A stretch of DNA of 32,000 bases from NCBI GenBank assembly GCA_030148485.1, contig JASBTJ010000025.1:23236-55235 (forward strand), given 5' to 3'. The translations under genes and the position numbers were made by a program. The stretch is from Gammaproteobacteria bacterium (GTDB lineage Bacteria; Pseudomonadota; Gammaproteobacteria; Chromatiales; Chromatiaceae). Under the pieces are notes generated by a model. It was not told the DNA's origin. It saw only the letters and a list, made by a program, of their open reading frames with translations, and did no database searches. Positions 18,189 to 27,108 of the stretch are shown here, piece after piece (position 1 is the stretch's first letter; each line of letters opens with the position of its first letter).

Positions 18189-18535
18189 CGGATTCTCCTC
18201 ACCATCGGCGTCATATCCGGAGATGGCAGGGTTGGCGTTAGGCTCAGCAGGCCCTCTCGCAGCACGTCAACAAGTTTCCCGCTATCCAGGGCCCAAAGTG
18301 TCAGGCTGTTGACCTGGGCTCGGAACAATGCGTCCGAGACCCGGATAGCTGTTTCGAGTTGCGGGGTGGCGAACGACAGAAACACATCGAGGTCATGGAA
18401 CCCGATCAAGTCGTCTACCGGACTGACGTCAATGGCAGCGTGGTATCGCTTTACCTCAGGAACAAGTGTGGCCAGGACGGGGCCTGCAGGGCGCTGGCCC
18501 GCTTTGCGGAGATCAAGTAGGTTGGTGGCGTTCAT
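18179..18535 (-). CDS. Hypothetical phage protein
   Basis: MNATNLLDLRKAGQRPAGPVLATLVPEVKRYHAAIDV...; overlaps the helicase start and the preceding ORF end (coupled operon). Confidence 0.65.
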   Translation of the reverse strand: MNATNLLDLRKAGQRPAGPVLATLVPEVKRYHAAIDVSPVDDLIGFHDLDVFLSFATPQLETAIRVSDALFRAQVNSLTLWALDSGKLVDVLREGLLSLTPTLPSPDMTPMVRRIRCK

Positions 18536-18858
18536 ATTCCCCCCTGTCCGTATGCATTCAGCTCTGCCGAGCCAGACTCCGACTTGCTGCGGCTGTCCCA
18601 GTTCCGCACCGCGGCGCGCCAGTCTTTCATGGGCGATTTGCCGACCTTCCAACCCTTGGATGCGTAGAAATCCACGAACCGCTGGGCATCTACGGCGTAA
18701 TGTTTCTCCGCAACGTACTCTGCGACATCATCGACAGAGGGTGGAGCGAACCGCGAAGCGCTACTACCTACCGAAGTAGAAGATGAAGTAGAAGATGAAG
18801 GGGTTGGATTTTGGTTATCGGCGGTGGTTGTGCGTTGTTTGCCAGCTTGCTTAAGCAA
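18532..18858 (-). CDS. C-terminal half of a DUF1376-type replication protein in the -1 frame
   Basis: NQNPTPSSSTSSSTS linker then PPSVDDVAEYVAEKHYAVDAQRFVDFYASKGWKVGKSPMKDWRAAVRNW; the nominal start is only a TTG inside the palindrome. Confidence 0.7.
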   Translation of the reverse strand: MLKQAGKQRTTTADNQNPTPSSSTSSSTSVGSSASRFAPPSVDDVAEYVAEKHYAVDAQRFVDFYASKGWKVGKSPMKDWRAAVRNWDSRSKSESGSAELNAYGQGGI

Positions 18859-19211
18859 GCTGGATTCCCGCCCTTTTTCCCGGCTTCTCTACGTATCGCG
18901 CTGATTTCTTCGTCCTTAACCATGCGCTTGTTGAAGATAACGCCGGTGTCGGGATCCACGCGCAGGCACCCGAAGTCGATCAAGGTGGTTAATGTGGTCG
19001 TAAGGGTTTGGTTATCCAAACCGGGCAGCCTGGCGAGCGCCGGCTCGGGCATCTTTTTGCCGTTGAGCAACAGCTTCCCGCGCTCAGCCGACTCATGCAT
19101 GATGCACAGGATCTCAAAGTAAAGGCCTCGCTCGAAGTAACCGAGCGCCTGTACTGATGGGTCTTTCCGCCAGTCTGCTGGGTAGAATTGAAAAGACGGT
19201 GCTTTGGCCAT
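18768..19211 (-). CDS. DUF1376 domain-containing phage replication-type protein (N-terminal half)
   Basis: MAKAPSFQFYPADWRKDPSVQALGYFERGLYFEILCIMHES; the 3' end reads through the linker out of frame (LHLLLHLLLR*). Confidence 0.82.
   Translation of the reverse strand: MAKAPSFQFYPADWRKDPSVQALGYFERGLYFEILCIMHESAERGKLLLNGKKMPEPALARLPGLDNQTLTTTLTTLIDFGCLRVDPDTGVIFNKRMVKDEEISAIRREAGKKGGNPACLSKLANNAQPPPITKIQPLHLLLHLLLR
18773..18800. repeat. Short 12-nt tandem repeat encoding the Ser/Thr linker
   Basis: (gaagtagaagat)x2 + gaag. Confidence 0.8.
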
Positions 19212-19222
19212 AGCTCACCTCA

Positions 19223-19405
19223 CTATCGGCCAGTCGCCAATCGTACGACCCCAAGCAATACACTCGCTGATCGTGCGAGGGGGTGAACTGGCTCCCTGAT
19301 ACCGGCGCCATGCTCCCTTGTCGTACCGCCCGACGGAGAGTAGCCCGCACTCCACAGCTGACGCAGGATCAGCGCCTCGACCGCGGCCACCACCGCACGG
19401 GGCAT
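19223..19405 (-). CDS. Possible small hypothetical protein
   Basis: 60 aa, start next to the AlpA-like gene stop and end 11 bp before the DUF1376 start; competing overlapping frames exist. Confidence 0.35.
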   Translation of the reverse strand: MPRAVVAAVEALILRQLWSAGYSPSGGTTREHGAGIREPVHPLARSASVLLGVVRLATGR

Positions 19406-19407
19406 TA

Positions 19408-19683
19408 CTATGCGTGGGCATAGACGCCGCCCAACACACCCCTATCAGCAGACTTACGCGCGGCCTCGAGCTTTTCAACAAGGGCGCGGATGTCGTCTTC
19501 TGACTTACCGGCGATCCGCGCCGCATTCAGAGCGTCGATTTCCCCCGCAGGCCAACCAACCGCACGGGCTCCCAAGCTCACCGGCTTGGGCCATAGGCCT
19601 TGCGAAATTCGGAGATAGATCGTGGACCGGGCGAGACCGGTTTCAGATTTGACGGCAGGAAGCCGGAGGATCGTAGTGGTCAT
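19408..19683 (-). CDS. AlpA-family phage/island transcriptional regulator
   Basis: MTTTILRLPAVKSETGLARSTIYLRISQGLWPKPVSLGARAVGWPAGEIDAL. Confidence 0.88.
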   Translation of the reverse strand: MTTTILRLPAVKSETGLARSTIYLRISQGLWPKPVSLGARAVGWPAGEIDALNAARIAGKSEDDIRALVEKLEAARKSADRGVLGGVYAHA

Positions 19684-19750
19684 CGTTCGCCTCCATCGGC
19701 GTTTCTTAGATGACTTCAGACTCTCCCCTACGGATGCCCATAAACCAGCT

Positions 19751-20230
19751 TCAGGTTGTTGGGTATCGTTGCGGCCGCTCGTGTTTGTAGCGGGGCAGGC
19801 CGCCAGCAGAATGCCACGCATTCTGGACGGCCTTAAACTTCCAATTCATGCGCCGAGCGACCCTCTCTTGCGCGGTCTTCACGACAATTGATTCGCCGCG
19901 ACTAAACATCGTATCGAGCTCTTGACTCACGAGAAGATGACTGAACGCATCGGTTCGCAGACGTGTGTTTGGCCGCCCGCCAACGCTCTCTATGTTCAGT
20001 GCACGCTTAATAGGAATATCATCAACCAGGTAATCACGCAGACACCCGCCCAAATAACGCAATGCGACCAGATCAGCTTCACCGACTGAAGTGCCCAGCT
20101 CAAGACCATTAAGTGCAACGAGAGCGTGCTGGAGTAAAGCACGCCCGGCCTTATCGTCACCGCGTGACGCCAACTTCACCAAGCGCTTTCTGTGAGGCGT
20201 GGCAAGCCGTTGTTTACGAGCGCGAGTCAT
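19751..20230 (-). CDS. Hypothetical protein
   Basis: MTRARKQRLATPHRKRLVKLASRGDDKAGRALLQHALVAL...; between integrase and alpA. Confidence 0.55.
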   Translation of the reverse strand: MTRARKQRLATPHRKRLVKLASRGDDKAGRALLQHALVALNGLELGTSVGEADLVALRYLGGCLRDYLVDDIPIKRALNIESVGGRPNTRLRTDAFSHLLVSQELDTMFSRGESIVVKTAQERVARRMNWKFKAVQNAWHSAGGLPRYKHERPQRYPTT

Positions 20231-20237
20231 ATCCGCA

Positions 20238-21449
20238 TCATCTGGCCGTTCGAATAGGCACAACCTCCGCCCCTGACCTCAAGTGTTCCAAGTATTCGGC
20301 CCAGGCCTGCATCATCTTCCGTCTCTCGGGGAGATGCTCGGCGTAGTTGTAGGCAGCCCTAACCCCGTTGCGCTCAGCATGTGCCAGTTGCCGCTCGATA
20401 GCGTCGTGGTGCCAGCCCTGCTCATTCAGAAGTGTCGATGCCATCGACCTGAAACCATGGCCAGTCATCTGCTCTTTGGTGTAACCCAAGCGCCGCAAGG
20501 CGGCGTTGACAGTGTTTTCGCTCATAGGTCGGTCCTTCGACCGAACGCTGGGGAATACGTACTTCCCCTTCCCCGTCAGCGGCTGAATCTCTTCCAGGAC
20601 GGCCACTGCTTGATCTGACAACGGCACGATGTGAGGGGCCGGCATCTTCATTTTCTCAGCCGGAATGCGCCACTCAGCCGTCTTGAGGTCAATTTCATCC
20701 CATTCAGCGCGCCTAAGTTCACCTGGGCGGACGAAAACTAGCGGCGCCAGACTCAGGGCACACTTCGTCAGAAGATGCCCCTCATAACCCTCTATGGCCC
20801 TCAGCAGCTCCCCAATGGCCTTCGGGTCAGTGATCGAGGCATGGTGCTTCTTCCGGACCGGTGGCAGCGCCCCTCTTAGATCCCCAGAGGGGTCCCGATC
20901 TGCACGACCAGTAGCCACGGCATACCGGAAAACCATGCCGCAATACTGCAACGCCCGGTGAGCCGTATCCAGGGCCCCCCGGGATTCGATTCGGCGGATA
21001 GTTCTCAGGAGCTCAGGGGCATCAATTTCGGCGATTGGCTGGCTTCCGAGCCACGGGTATAAGTCCTTCTCCAGAAGCCTCTTGCTGCGCGTGCTATGGC
21101 TTTCAGACCATCGAGGAGAATTCTTGTCGAACCACTCCTGGCCGATGGCCTCGAAAGTATTCGCCCCCTGCTCCGCCTTCGCGTACTTGGCGGCCCTTTT
21201 AGCCACACCGGGGTCAATGCCATCAACCAGCAGCTTTCGGGCGTCAGTGCGCTTCTCACGGGCTTTCGCGAGTGAGACTTCAGGATAAGGCCCGAGGGAG
21301 ATGAGCTTCTCTTTCCCGTTGATCCGGTACTTGAGTCGCCAGCCCTTACGGCCGTTAGGATTCACCAGGAGAAACAGGCCATGCCCATCGAAGAGCTTGT
21401 AGGGCTTGTCCTTGCCTTTTGCCTTGCGAACCGCGGTGTCTGTCAGCAT
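20238..21449 (-). CDS. Tyrosine-type recombinase/integrase (P4/CP4 island type)
   Basis: MLTDTAVRKAKGKDKPYKLFDGHGLFLLV N-terminus; catalytic segments RPGELRRAEW, HGFRSMASTLLNEQ, RQLAHAERNGVRAAYNYAEHLPERRKMMQAWAEYL; adjacent to a tRNA. Confidence 0.95.
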   Translation of the reverse strand: MLTDTAVRKAKGKDKPYKLFDGHGLFLLVNPNGRKGWRLKYRINGKEKLISLGPYPEVSLAKAREKRTDARKLLVDGIDPGVAKRAAKYAKAEQGANTFEAIGQEWFDKNSPRWSESHSTRSKRLLEKDLYPWLGSQPIAEIDAPELLRTIRRIESRGALDTAHRALQYCGMVFRYAVATGRADRDPSGDLRGALPPVRKKHHASITDPKAIGELLRAIEGYEGHLLTKCALSLAPLVFVRPGELRRAEWDEIDLKTAEWRIPAEKMKMPAPHIVPLSDQAVAVLEEIQPLTGKGKYVFPSVRSKDRPMSENTVNAALRRLGYTKEQMTGHGFRSMASTLLNEQGWHHDAIERQLAHAERNGVRAAYNYAEHLPERRKMMQAWAEYLEHLRSGAEVVPIRTAR

Positions 21450-21452
21450 TTG

Positions 21453-21513
21453 GGGGTACCCCATGCGTCAATGAGTCCGGCTACCCCAGGAAATACCCCC
21501 GCGAGGGGTAGCT
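21453..21513. promoter_or_regulatory. Cluster of G4TA(G/C)-type elements upstream of the integrase (candidate arm-type or operator sites)
   Basis: ggggtacccc (21453-21462), gctacccc (21481-21488), ggggtagc (21506-21513); another gctacccc at 8341-8348. Confidence 0.4.
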
Positions 21514-21557
21514 TTTACCGGATCAGGATAGACGCCACTGGACAGTCGAGGCAATAA

Positions 21558-21582
21558 AAAAGCCCGCGTTATGCGGGCTTTT
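21558..21582. terminator. Bidirectional intrinsic terminator downstream of tRNA-Lys
   Basis: aaaagcccgc-gttat-gcgggctttt. Confidence 0.85.
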
Positions 21583-21613
21583 GTACTGCATTGGACCTTA
21601 ATGGTCCGGAATA

Positions 21614-21689
21614 TGGTGGGTCGTGCAGGATTCGAACCTGCGACCAATTGATTAAAAGTCAACTGCTCTACCAACTGAGCTAACGACCC
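21614..21689 (-). tRNA. tRNA-Lys (anticodon TTT)
   Basis: GGGTCGTTAGCTCAGTTGGTAGAGCAGTTGACTTTTAATCAATTGGTCGCAGGTTCGAATCCTGCACGACCCACCA; complete cloverleaf with encoded CCA. Confidence 0.97.
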
Positions 21690-21777
21690 TTTTTCGCTTC
21701 GAACGGGGCCGCAATGTCCCCGAAACGAAGCGCGGATTATACAGAAGGCAACGTCGCCTTCAAACCCTTTTTACCGA

Positions 21778-23037
21778 TCAGATGGCTTCCAGCTTGCGCA
21801 TACCGGCGGGCAGCAGCTTGAAATCCACCAGGCCGGTGATCAGGGCCTTGCCGAAGGTCGCTTCGTCCTCATAGACCATCTTGTAGTACTGGATCTTCAT
21901 GGTCAGACCGGAACCCAGCACGATGGCACCAAAGCTGATGAACGAACCCAGTGCCAGGGTCGATACGCCGGTGATGCCTTGTCCGATGGTGCAGCCCAGG
22001 GCCAGCACGCCACCGAAACCCATCAGCACGGCGCCGATGACGTGGGTGTAGAAGTCCTTGAAGCTGCTGAACCATTCGATGCGGAAGCCGCGGCTGATAA
22101 CGGACCACAGGAAGGATCCGGCCACCACACCCAGAAACGCCATGATACCGAAGGTCAGCAGGGTGCTGGCAAAGCCCTGGGCGATCCAGCCTGCGGTCTG
22201 ACCCATCGGATTGATGAAGGTGAACGACTGCGGGCTCAGCGGGCGACTGTCCGCCGGCTTACCTGCCGGCGAATCGGCCAGGAACGACCAGTCCTGGACA
22301 TAAGCGCGCAGGGTCATGCCATCGTCGCCGATCACGATGTTGGAACTCACATACCAACCGGCCAGCACGGCCAGGCCGACCACCAGGCCGCCCAGGACGT
22401 TGTCGAAACTGCCACGGAAATCGGCGGACTTGAACACGAACCACAGAATGACAGCGGCGATCAGCCCGCCGATGATCCAGCGCGCGGTCATGGCGCTCTC
22501 GGCACCGGCGACCAGGGTACCCAGGTCCTGGGACACACCGACGTTGATCGACATGGGACGAATCCAGTCATAGAACATCACGGTGAACAGCGTCTTGTCG
22601 CTGCCGGGGAACGGGTTGACCATGAAGTAGGCGATGATCCCGATGATGGCGAACACGAAGATCGATTTGATGTTGCCGCCACCGATACGCACCAGGCACT
22701 TGTTACCGCAGCCCGATGCCAGGGTCATGCCGATACCGAACAGAAGACCGCCGATGATGTGCTCACCCAACAACAGGGTGCCGGCGCGGTACGGTGGGAA
22801 GGAGTCGCCCGGCTGGGCCAGCCCGTTGGACTCGAGCACCAGCATGCCGATGATGGCGACCCCGATAGCGAGCAGCCAGGAACGCATACGACCGAAATCA
22901 CCCATGTTGACCATGTCGGACACGGCACCCATGGTGCAGAAGTTGGTCTTGTTGACCACAGCGCCCATGATCAGGGCAATGACAAAGGTGGACCACAGCA
23001 AAAACGACTGGGCCTCAAAAAAGCTCTCGAATGACAT
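21778..23037 (-). CDS. YeeE/YedE family sulfur-compound transporter
   Basis: 419 aa membrane protein; VNKTNFCTMGAVSDMVNMGDFGRMRSW, GIGMTLASGCGNKCLVRIGGGNIKS, GVLALGCTIGQGITGVS. Confidence 0.88.
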   Translation of the reverse strand: MSFESFFEAQSFLLWSTFVIALIMGAVVNKTNFCTMGAVSDMVNMGDFGRMRSWLLAIGVAIIGMLVLESNGLAQPGDSFPPYRAGTLLLGEHIIGGLLFGIGMTLASGCGNKCLVRIGGGNIKSIFVFAIIGIIAYFMVNPFPGSDKTLFTVMFYDWIRPMSINVGVSQDLGTLVAGAESAMTARWIIGGLIAAVILWFVFKSADFRGSFDNVLGGLVVGLAVLAGWYVSSNIVIGDDGMTLRAYVQDWSFLADSPAGKPADSRPLSPQSFTFINPMGQTAGWIAQGFASTLLTFGIMAFLGVVAGSFLWSVISRGFRIEWFSSFKDFYTHVIGAVLMGFGGVLALGCTIGQGITGVSTLALGSFISFGAIVLGSGLTMKIQYYKMVYEDEATFGKALITGLVDFKLLPAGMRKLEAI

Positions 23038-23140
23038 GTGCTTCCCCTGACCGGCGGGCCGGCCTGAACGGACTTTGTAATAGTTAAGCGCGCGATTTTA
23101 CAGCACTGCTACGGCCCGGCAACCCAGATCGCTGTGCGTA

Positions 23141-23830
23141 TTAGCAGTACCGCGTGGGATCTGGAATCCCAGCCTGGCGCAATCCCTCGGCCCGAAAGCG
23201 ACAGGAGTCGCAATGACCACAGGCCCGCCCCTCCCTGTCGGCCTGATAACAAGACACCGTGAGGCCGTATTCCACCCCCAATCGCGCTCCCTCGGCGATG
23301 ATCTGAGCCTTGGTCAGCTCGATCAAAGGCGCGTGGACACGAAAGGTCTTGCCTTCCACCCCCGCCTTGGTCGCCAGATTAGCTAGACGCTCGAAGGCCG
23401 CGATATATTCCGGGCGACAGTCCGGATAACCCGAATAATCGACCGCATTGACGCCGACGAACAGATCGCAGGCGCCCAGCACCTCCGCCCAACCCAGTGC
23501 CAGACTGAGGAAAATCGTATTACGCGCGGGCACGTAGGTGACCGGAATACCCTCTCCGCCATCCTCGGGCACATCAATACGGGTATCGGTCAACGCGGAC
23601 CCGCCGATGGCGGTGAGATCGATAGGTAGTATCTTGTGCTCGACCACGCCGGCGCTGGCAGCCACCTGCCGGGCCGCGTTCAATTCGGCCACATGCCGCT
23701 GGCCGTAGTCGAGGCTCAGCGCGTAGCAGGCATAGCCTTGTTCACGCGCGATGGCCAGCGCGGTGGCCGAATCCAGCCCCCCGGACAACAACACCACCGC
23801 CCGTTTTCGCTCAGTGTCCGGGGGCATCAT
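23141..23830 (-). CDS. queC: 7-cyano-7-deazaguanine synthase
   Basis: [20 protein letters not shown]-loop, [17 protein letters not shown], CHYxxx-like [29 protein letters not shown]; tracked ORF start trimmed. Confidence 0.95.
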   Translation of the reverse strand: MMPPDTERKRAVVLLSGGLDSATALAIAREQGYACYALSLDYGQRHVAELNAARQVAASAGVVEHKILPIDLTAIGGSALTDTRIDVPEDGGEGIPVTYVPARNTIFLSLALGWAEVLGACDLFVGVNAVDYSGYPDCRPEYIAAFERLANLATKAGVEGKTFRVHAPLIELTKAQIIAEGARLGVEYGLTVSCYQADREGRACGHCDSCRFRAEGLRQAGIPDPTRYC

Positions 23831-24467
23831 TCCAAAGGTATTTGTGTAGTTGCAGCTGAAAACGCACCGGCAGTTTGTCGGCCAGGATCCACTCGGCGAG
23901 TTGTCGCGGGTCCTGTTGCCCATGGCTGGGCGACAACAACAATTCACAACGGCCCGCCAGCGCGTGCTCGGCGATCTGGGCCTTGGCCCAGTCGTAGTCG
24001 CCGCGATCGCAGATCACGAACTTGAGCTGATCCTTGGCATCCAGATAGTCGAGATTCCGGTACAGGTTCTTTTGCCGCTCCCCGGAGGCCGGGGTCTTCA
24101 GGTCCATGACCTTCACCACCCGGGGGTCGACGTCGGAAACATCCAGTGCACCGCTGGTTTCCAGGGACACCTCATAACCAGCGTCACAAAGCTGTTGCAG
24201 CAGAACCAGACAATCCTTTTGCGCCAGGGGCTCACCGCCGGTCACCGTGACATGGTGAGCACCATAATCGGCCACCTGGGCAAGAATGTCGTCCAGCTCA
24301 CGCCACTCGCCGCCCTTGAAGGCGTACGCGGTATCACAGTAGCCGCAGCGTAACGGGCACCCGGTCAGACGCACGAACACCGTGGGCAGGCCGACGGTAC
24401 GACTCTCCCCCTGCAGGGAATGGAAAATTTCAGTGATGCGCAAACGTGACACGACAGTACGGCTCAA
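23811..24467 (-). CDS. queE: 7-carboxy-7-deazaguanine synthase (radical SAM)
   Basis: [38 protein letters not shown]. Confidence 0.95.
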   Translation of the reverse strand: MSRTVVSRLRITEIFHSLQGESRTVGLPTVFVRLTGCPLRCGYCDTAYAFKGGEWRELDDILAQVADYGAHHVTVTGGEPLAQKDCLVLLQQLCDAGYEVSLETSGALDVSDVDPRVVKVMDLKTPASGERQKNLYRNLDYLDAKDQLKFVICDRGDYDWAKAQIAEHALAGRCELLLSPSHGQQDPRQLAEWILADKLPVRFQLQLHKYLWNDAPGH

Positions 24468-25234
24468 CGCCGTTCGCTGGCAATCCGATCCAGACGCTGT
24501 TGAGCCATGCCGGCCTCGGCGGAACCGGGATAGTCCTTGACGACCTGTTCAAGCACCTTGCGCGCCTCATCGGGTTTGCCGGTGGCGTGCAACAGGTAGC
24601 CGATCTTCAACCAGGCGCCGCGGGCCTTGGGGCTGGCGGGATCCTTTTCCACCACGTTGCGGAACGCCGTCAAGGCCTGATCGTTCTGGTTGGTCACGTA
24701 ATACGCCTCGGCCAGCCAATAACGCGCATTGGGCGCGAATTCGCCGTTGGGATATTTAGCCAAGAAATCGTTGAAGGCAACAATGGCTTCAGGGTAGCGC
24801 CGTTGCGCCGGGCGCAACAGATCGTAGGCGGCATCATAGGCCGCCTGCTCGGCCACCGGGTCCACCGGTGCGGCGGGCGGCGGTACCGCGCTGCCATTTC
24901 CTTCGGCGGCAACCGCCGATCCCCCCTCGGTCGCGGTCGGCGGTGCGGCCGATGGCGGCGCACCGGCCTGCAGCGTAGACAGCCGCTGATCGATATCCAG
25001 GTAAAGATCGCGCTGCTTACGTTCCAAGCCGTTCAATCTGTGCTGCTGTTCCTCGAGCTGACCCCGCAACTGCTGGTTCTCCTGACGCAGGGCCTGGATC
25101 TGCAAGGTCATATCCGAAATGGACGACGCCCGGCGCTCCAGCAGCTCCAGGCGTTGTTCGGTCGAGAGCCGGGGCTGGGCGACGGCCGAGGCCGTCGCCA
25201 GCGCCAGCGCAGCGGTCAATAGCTGCGAACGCAC
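24464..25234 (-). CDS. cpoB: Tol-Pal system protein CpoB/YbgF
   Basis: Signal peptide, coiled-coil N-terminus, C-terminal TPR (YDLLRPAQRRYPEAIVAFNDFLAKYPNGEFAPNARYWLAEAYY). Confidence 0.93.
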   Translation of the reverse strand: MRSQLLTAALALATASAVAQPRLSTEQRLELLERRASSISDMTLQIQALRQENQQLRGQLEEQQHRLNGLERKQRDLYLDIDQRLSTLQAGAPPSAAPPTATEGGSAVAAEGNGSAVPPPAAPVDPVAEQAAYDAAYDLLRPAQRRYPEAIVAFNDFLAKYPNGEFAPNARYWLAEAYYVTNQNDQALTAFRNVVEKDPASPKARGAWLKIGYLLHATGKPDEARKVLEQVVKDYPGSAEAGMAQQRLDRIASERR

Positions 25235-25240
25235 GTCGAA

Positions 25241-25774
25241 TCAGTACTGGTAGACCAGCACGGCGCGACGGTTCTTGGACCAAGCCGCCTCGTCATGGGC
25301 CGGGTCGGCGGGACGCTCTTCGCCATAGCTGATGGTGGTCATCTGATTGGCGGCCACGCCTTCAGCAGCCAGGAAGTCATGGACGGAATTGGCACGACGC
25401 TCCCCCAGACCGATGTTGTACTCGCGCGAACCGCGCTCGTCCGCATGACCTTCGATGCTCACGCTGACAGCGGGGTTGCTCGCCAAGAAGGCCGCGTGGG
25501 CACGCAGCATGTCGACATACTCGCTGCGGATGGTGCTCTGATCGAAATCGAAGTACACAACCTTGTTGTACAGCACGCTGTTGGGATCTTCCAACTGCGC
25601 GGCATAGACACCGGCCGCACCAGCGGCGCCGGAGGCCTCGGCACCGGCCTCAACCGTGGCGGCACCACGATCCTGGACCTGGGCACCGCCGTCTTTCTTG
25701 GGAGTGCCGCCGCAGGCGGACAGCACCATGGCAGCCGCAATCAGCGCGGCCCACGACCAGATACGGGTTTTCAT
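25241..25774 (-). CDS. pal: Peptidoglycan-associated lipoprotein
   Basis: Lipobox LSACG, OmpA-like [14 protein letters not shown]...[25 protein letters not shown]. Confidence 0.96.
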   Translation of the reverse strand: MKTRIWSWAALIAAAMVLSACGGTPKKDGGAQVQDRGAATVEAGAEASGAAGAAGVYAAQLEDPNSVLYNKVVYFDFDQSTIRSEYVDMLRAHAAFLASNPAVSVSIEGHADERGSREYNIGLGERRANSVHDFLAAEGVAANQMTTISYGEERPADPAHDEAAWSKNRRAVLVYQY

Positions 25775-25797
25775 TTCGGAGACTCCAAATTATGTTT

Positions 25798-27096
25798 TTA
25801 GCGTTGAGAGAATGGAGACCAGACCGGCTCACGCACATCGCCGGTCTGCAGTCCTAGGCGTTGTTTGACACGTCCATCCGTGGATACGGCGGCGAGCACA
25901 CCTCGGCCCTTCGCCCTCGTGGCATAAATTATCATGCTGCCGTTGGGGGCGAAACTGGGCGATTCATCAAGACGGCCGTCACTGAGCGCTTGAATCCCGC
26001 GGGTTTTGAGGTCCATCACACCAATCCGATACTGGCCGTCGACGCGGGTCACCAGAGTGAGTGACTTCCCGTCCGGGGAGTACGAGGCGCGGGCGTTGTA
26101 GCCACCGTCAAAGGACAGCCGCTCGGCCGAACCACCGCCGGCCGCCACCCGGTAGATCTGCGGCGCGCCGCCGCGATCGGAGGTGAACACGATGTGCTGA
26201 CCATCCGGCGACCAGGCCGGCTCGGTGTCGATGGCCCAATGTCGGGTCACCGGCCGCAACTGTTTGTTCAACAGATCCATGACGAAGATATCCGGATTGC
26301 CATCCTTGGACAGCGCCAGCGCAAGATAACGGCCGTCCGGCGACCAGGCCGGCGCGCCGTTGATCCCCTTGAAGGCGCTGACCCGCTCGCGACGGCCGGT
26401 CAGTACGTCCTGCACCCAGACGCTGGGTTTGCGGCGTTCAAAGGAAACATAAGCCAGTTTCTTGCCGTCCGGCGACCAGGCCGGCGACAGGATCGGCTCG
26501 TCCGATGCCAGGATGGTCTGGGGATTGAATCCATCGGCGTCGGCGACTTGCAGTTCCAGCCGTTCGCTGCCGTCCTTTTGGCGATGCGCGATCACGTAGG
26601 CGATGCGGGTCGAGAACGCGCCCCGCTCGCCAGTCAGGGTTTCATAGATGATGTCGGCGATATGGTGCGCAGCCGCACGTAGGTCCCGCGCCGTGGTGGC
26701 AATACTGTAGCCGGCGATCTGTTCCCCGCGATACACGTCGAACAGCTGGAAACGCGCCAGGTACCCGCCGACTCCGTTGGGCGACAGTTCGCCCACCACC
26801 AGGTTTTCCATACGCAGTGCACGCCAGTCCCGGAAGTCGACATCGGTACCCCGGTGGGGCTTGGACAACATCTGGTCGGCCGACAAGGGTTTGAAACGTC
26901 CGCTGCGGGCCAGGTCGGCGGCGACGATCTCTCCCAGGTCGTATTTCGGTGCGCCCGCGCCGGTTCCGGTCCAGCCGAAGGGCACCACCGCGATGGGCAG
27001 CGCACCCTCCGCACCTTGGGTGATCTCGATCACCAGATCGGCCCTGGCGGCGAACGCCCAGGGCAACATCAGCAGGATCAGCCAGAATCTACGCAT
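25798..27096 (-). CDS. tolB: Tol-Pal system beta-propeller protein TolB
   Basis: Signal peptide and repeated SPAWSPDGKKLAYVSFE / PAWSPDGRYLALALSKDGNPDIFVMDL blades. Confidence 0.96.
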   Translation of the reverse strand: MRRFWLILLMLPWAFAARADLVIEITQGAEGALPIAVVPFGWTGTGAGAPKYDLGEIVAADLARSGRFKPLSADQMLSKPHRGTDVDFRDWRALRMENLVVGELSPNGVGGYLARFQLFDVYRGEQIAGYSIATTARDLRAAAHHIADIIYETLTGERGAFSTRIAYVIAHRQKDGSERLELQVADADGFNPQTILASDEPILSPAWSPDGKKLAYVSFERRKPSVWVQDVLTGRRERVSAFKGINGAPAWSPDGRYLALALSKDGNPDIFVMDLLNKQLRPVTRHWAIDTEPAWSPDGQHIVFTSDRGGAPQIYRVAAGGGSAERLSFDGGYNARASYSPDGKSLTLVTRVDGQYRIGVMDLKTRGIQALSDGRLDESPSFAPNGSMIIYATRAKGRGVLAAVSTDGRVKQRLGLQTGDVREPVWSPFSQR

Positions 27097-27108
27097 CGTC
27101 TCGTTCAG

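Noticed and set aside
19114-19526. Overlapping 78-aa and 103-aa minus-strand ORFs near the AlpA-like gene
   Set aside because: They run into neighbouring genes out of frame; only the 19223-19405 frame fits the tight operon spacing, and even that is weak.
21979-23034. Long plus-strand ORF (351 aa) and many others antisense to tol, ruvB, prkB and the transporter
   Set aside because: Antisense shadow ORFs of confident genes, dominated by H/Q/D/R from complement codons.
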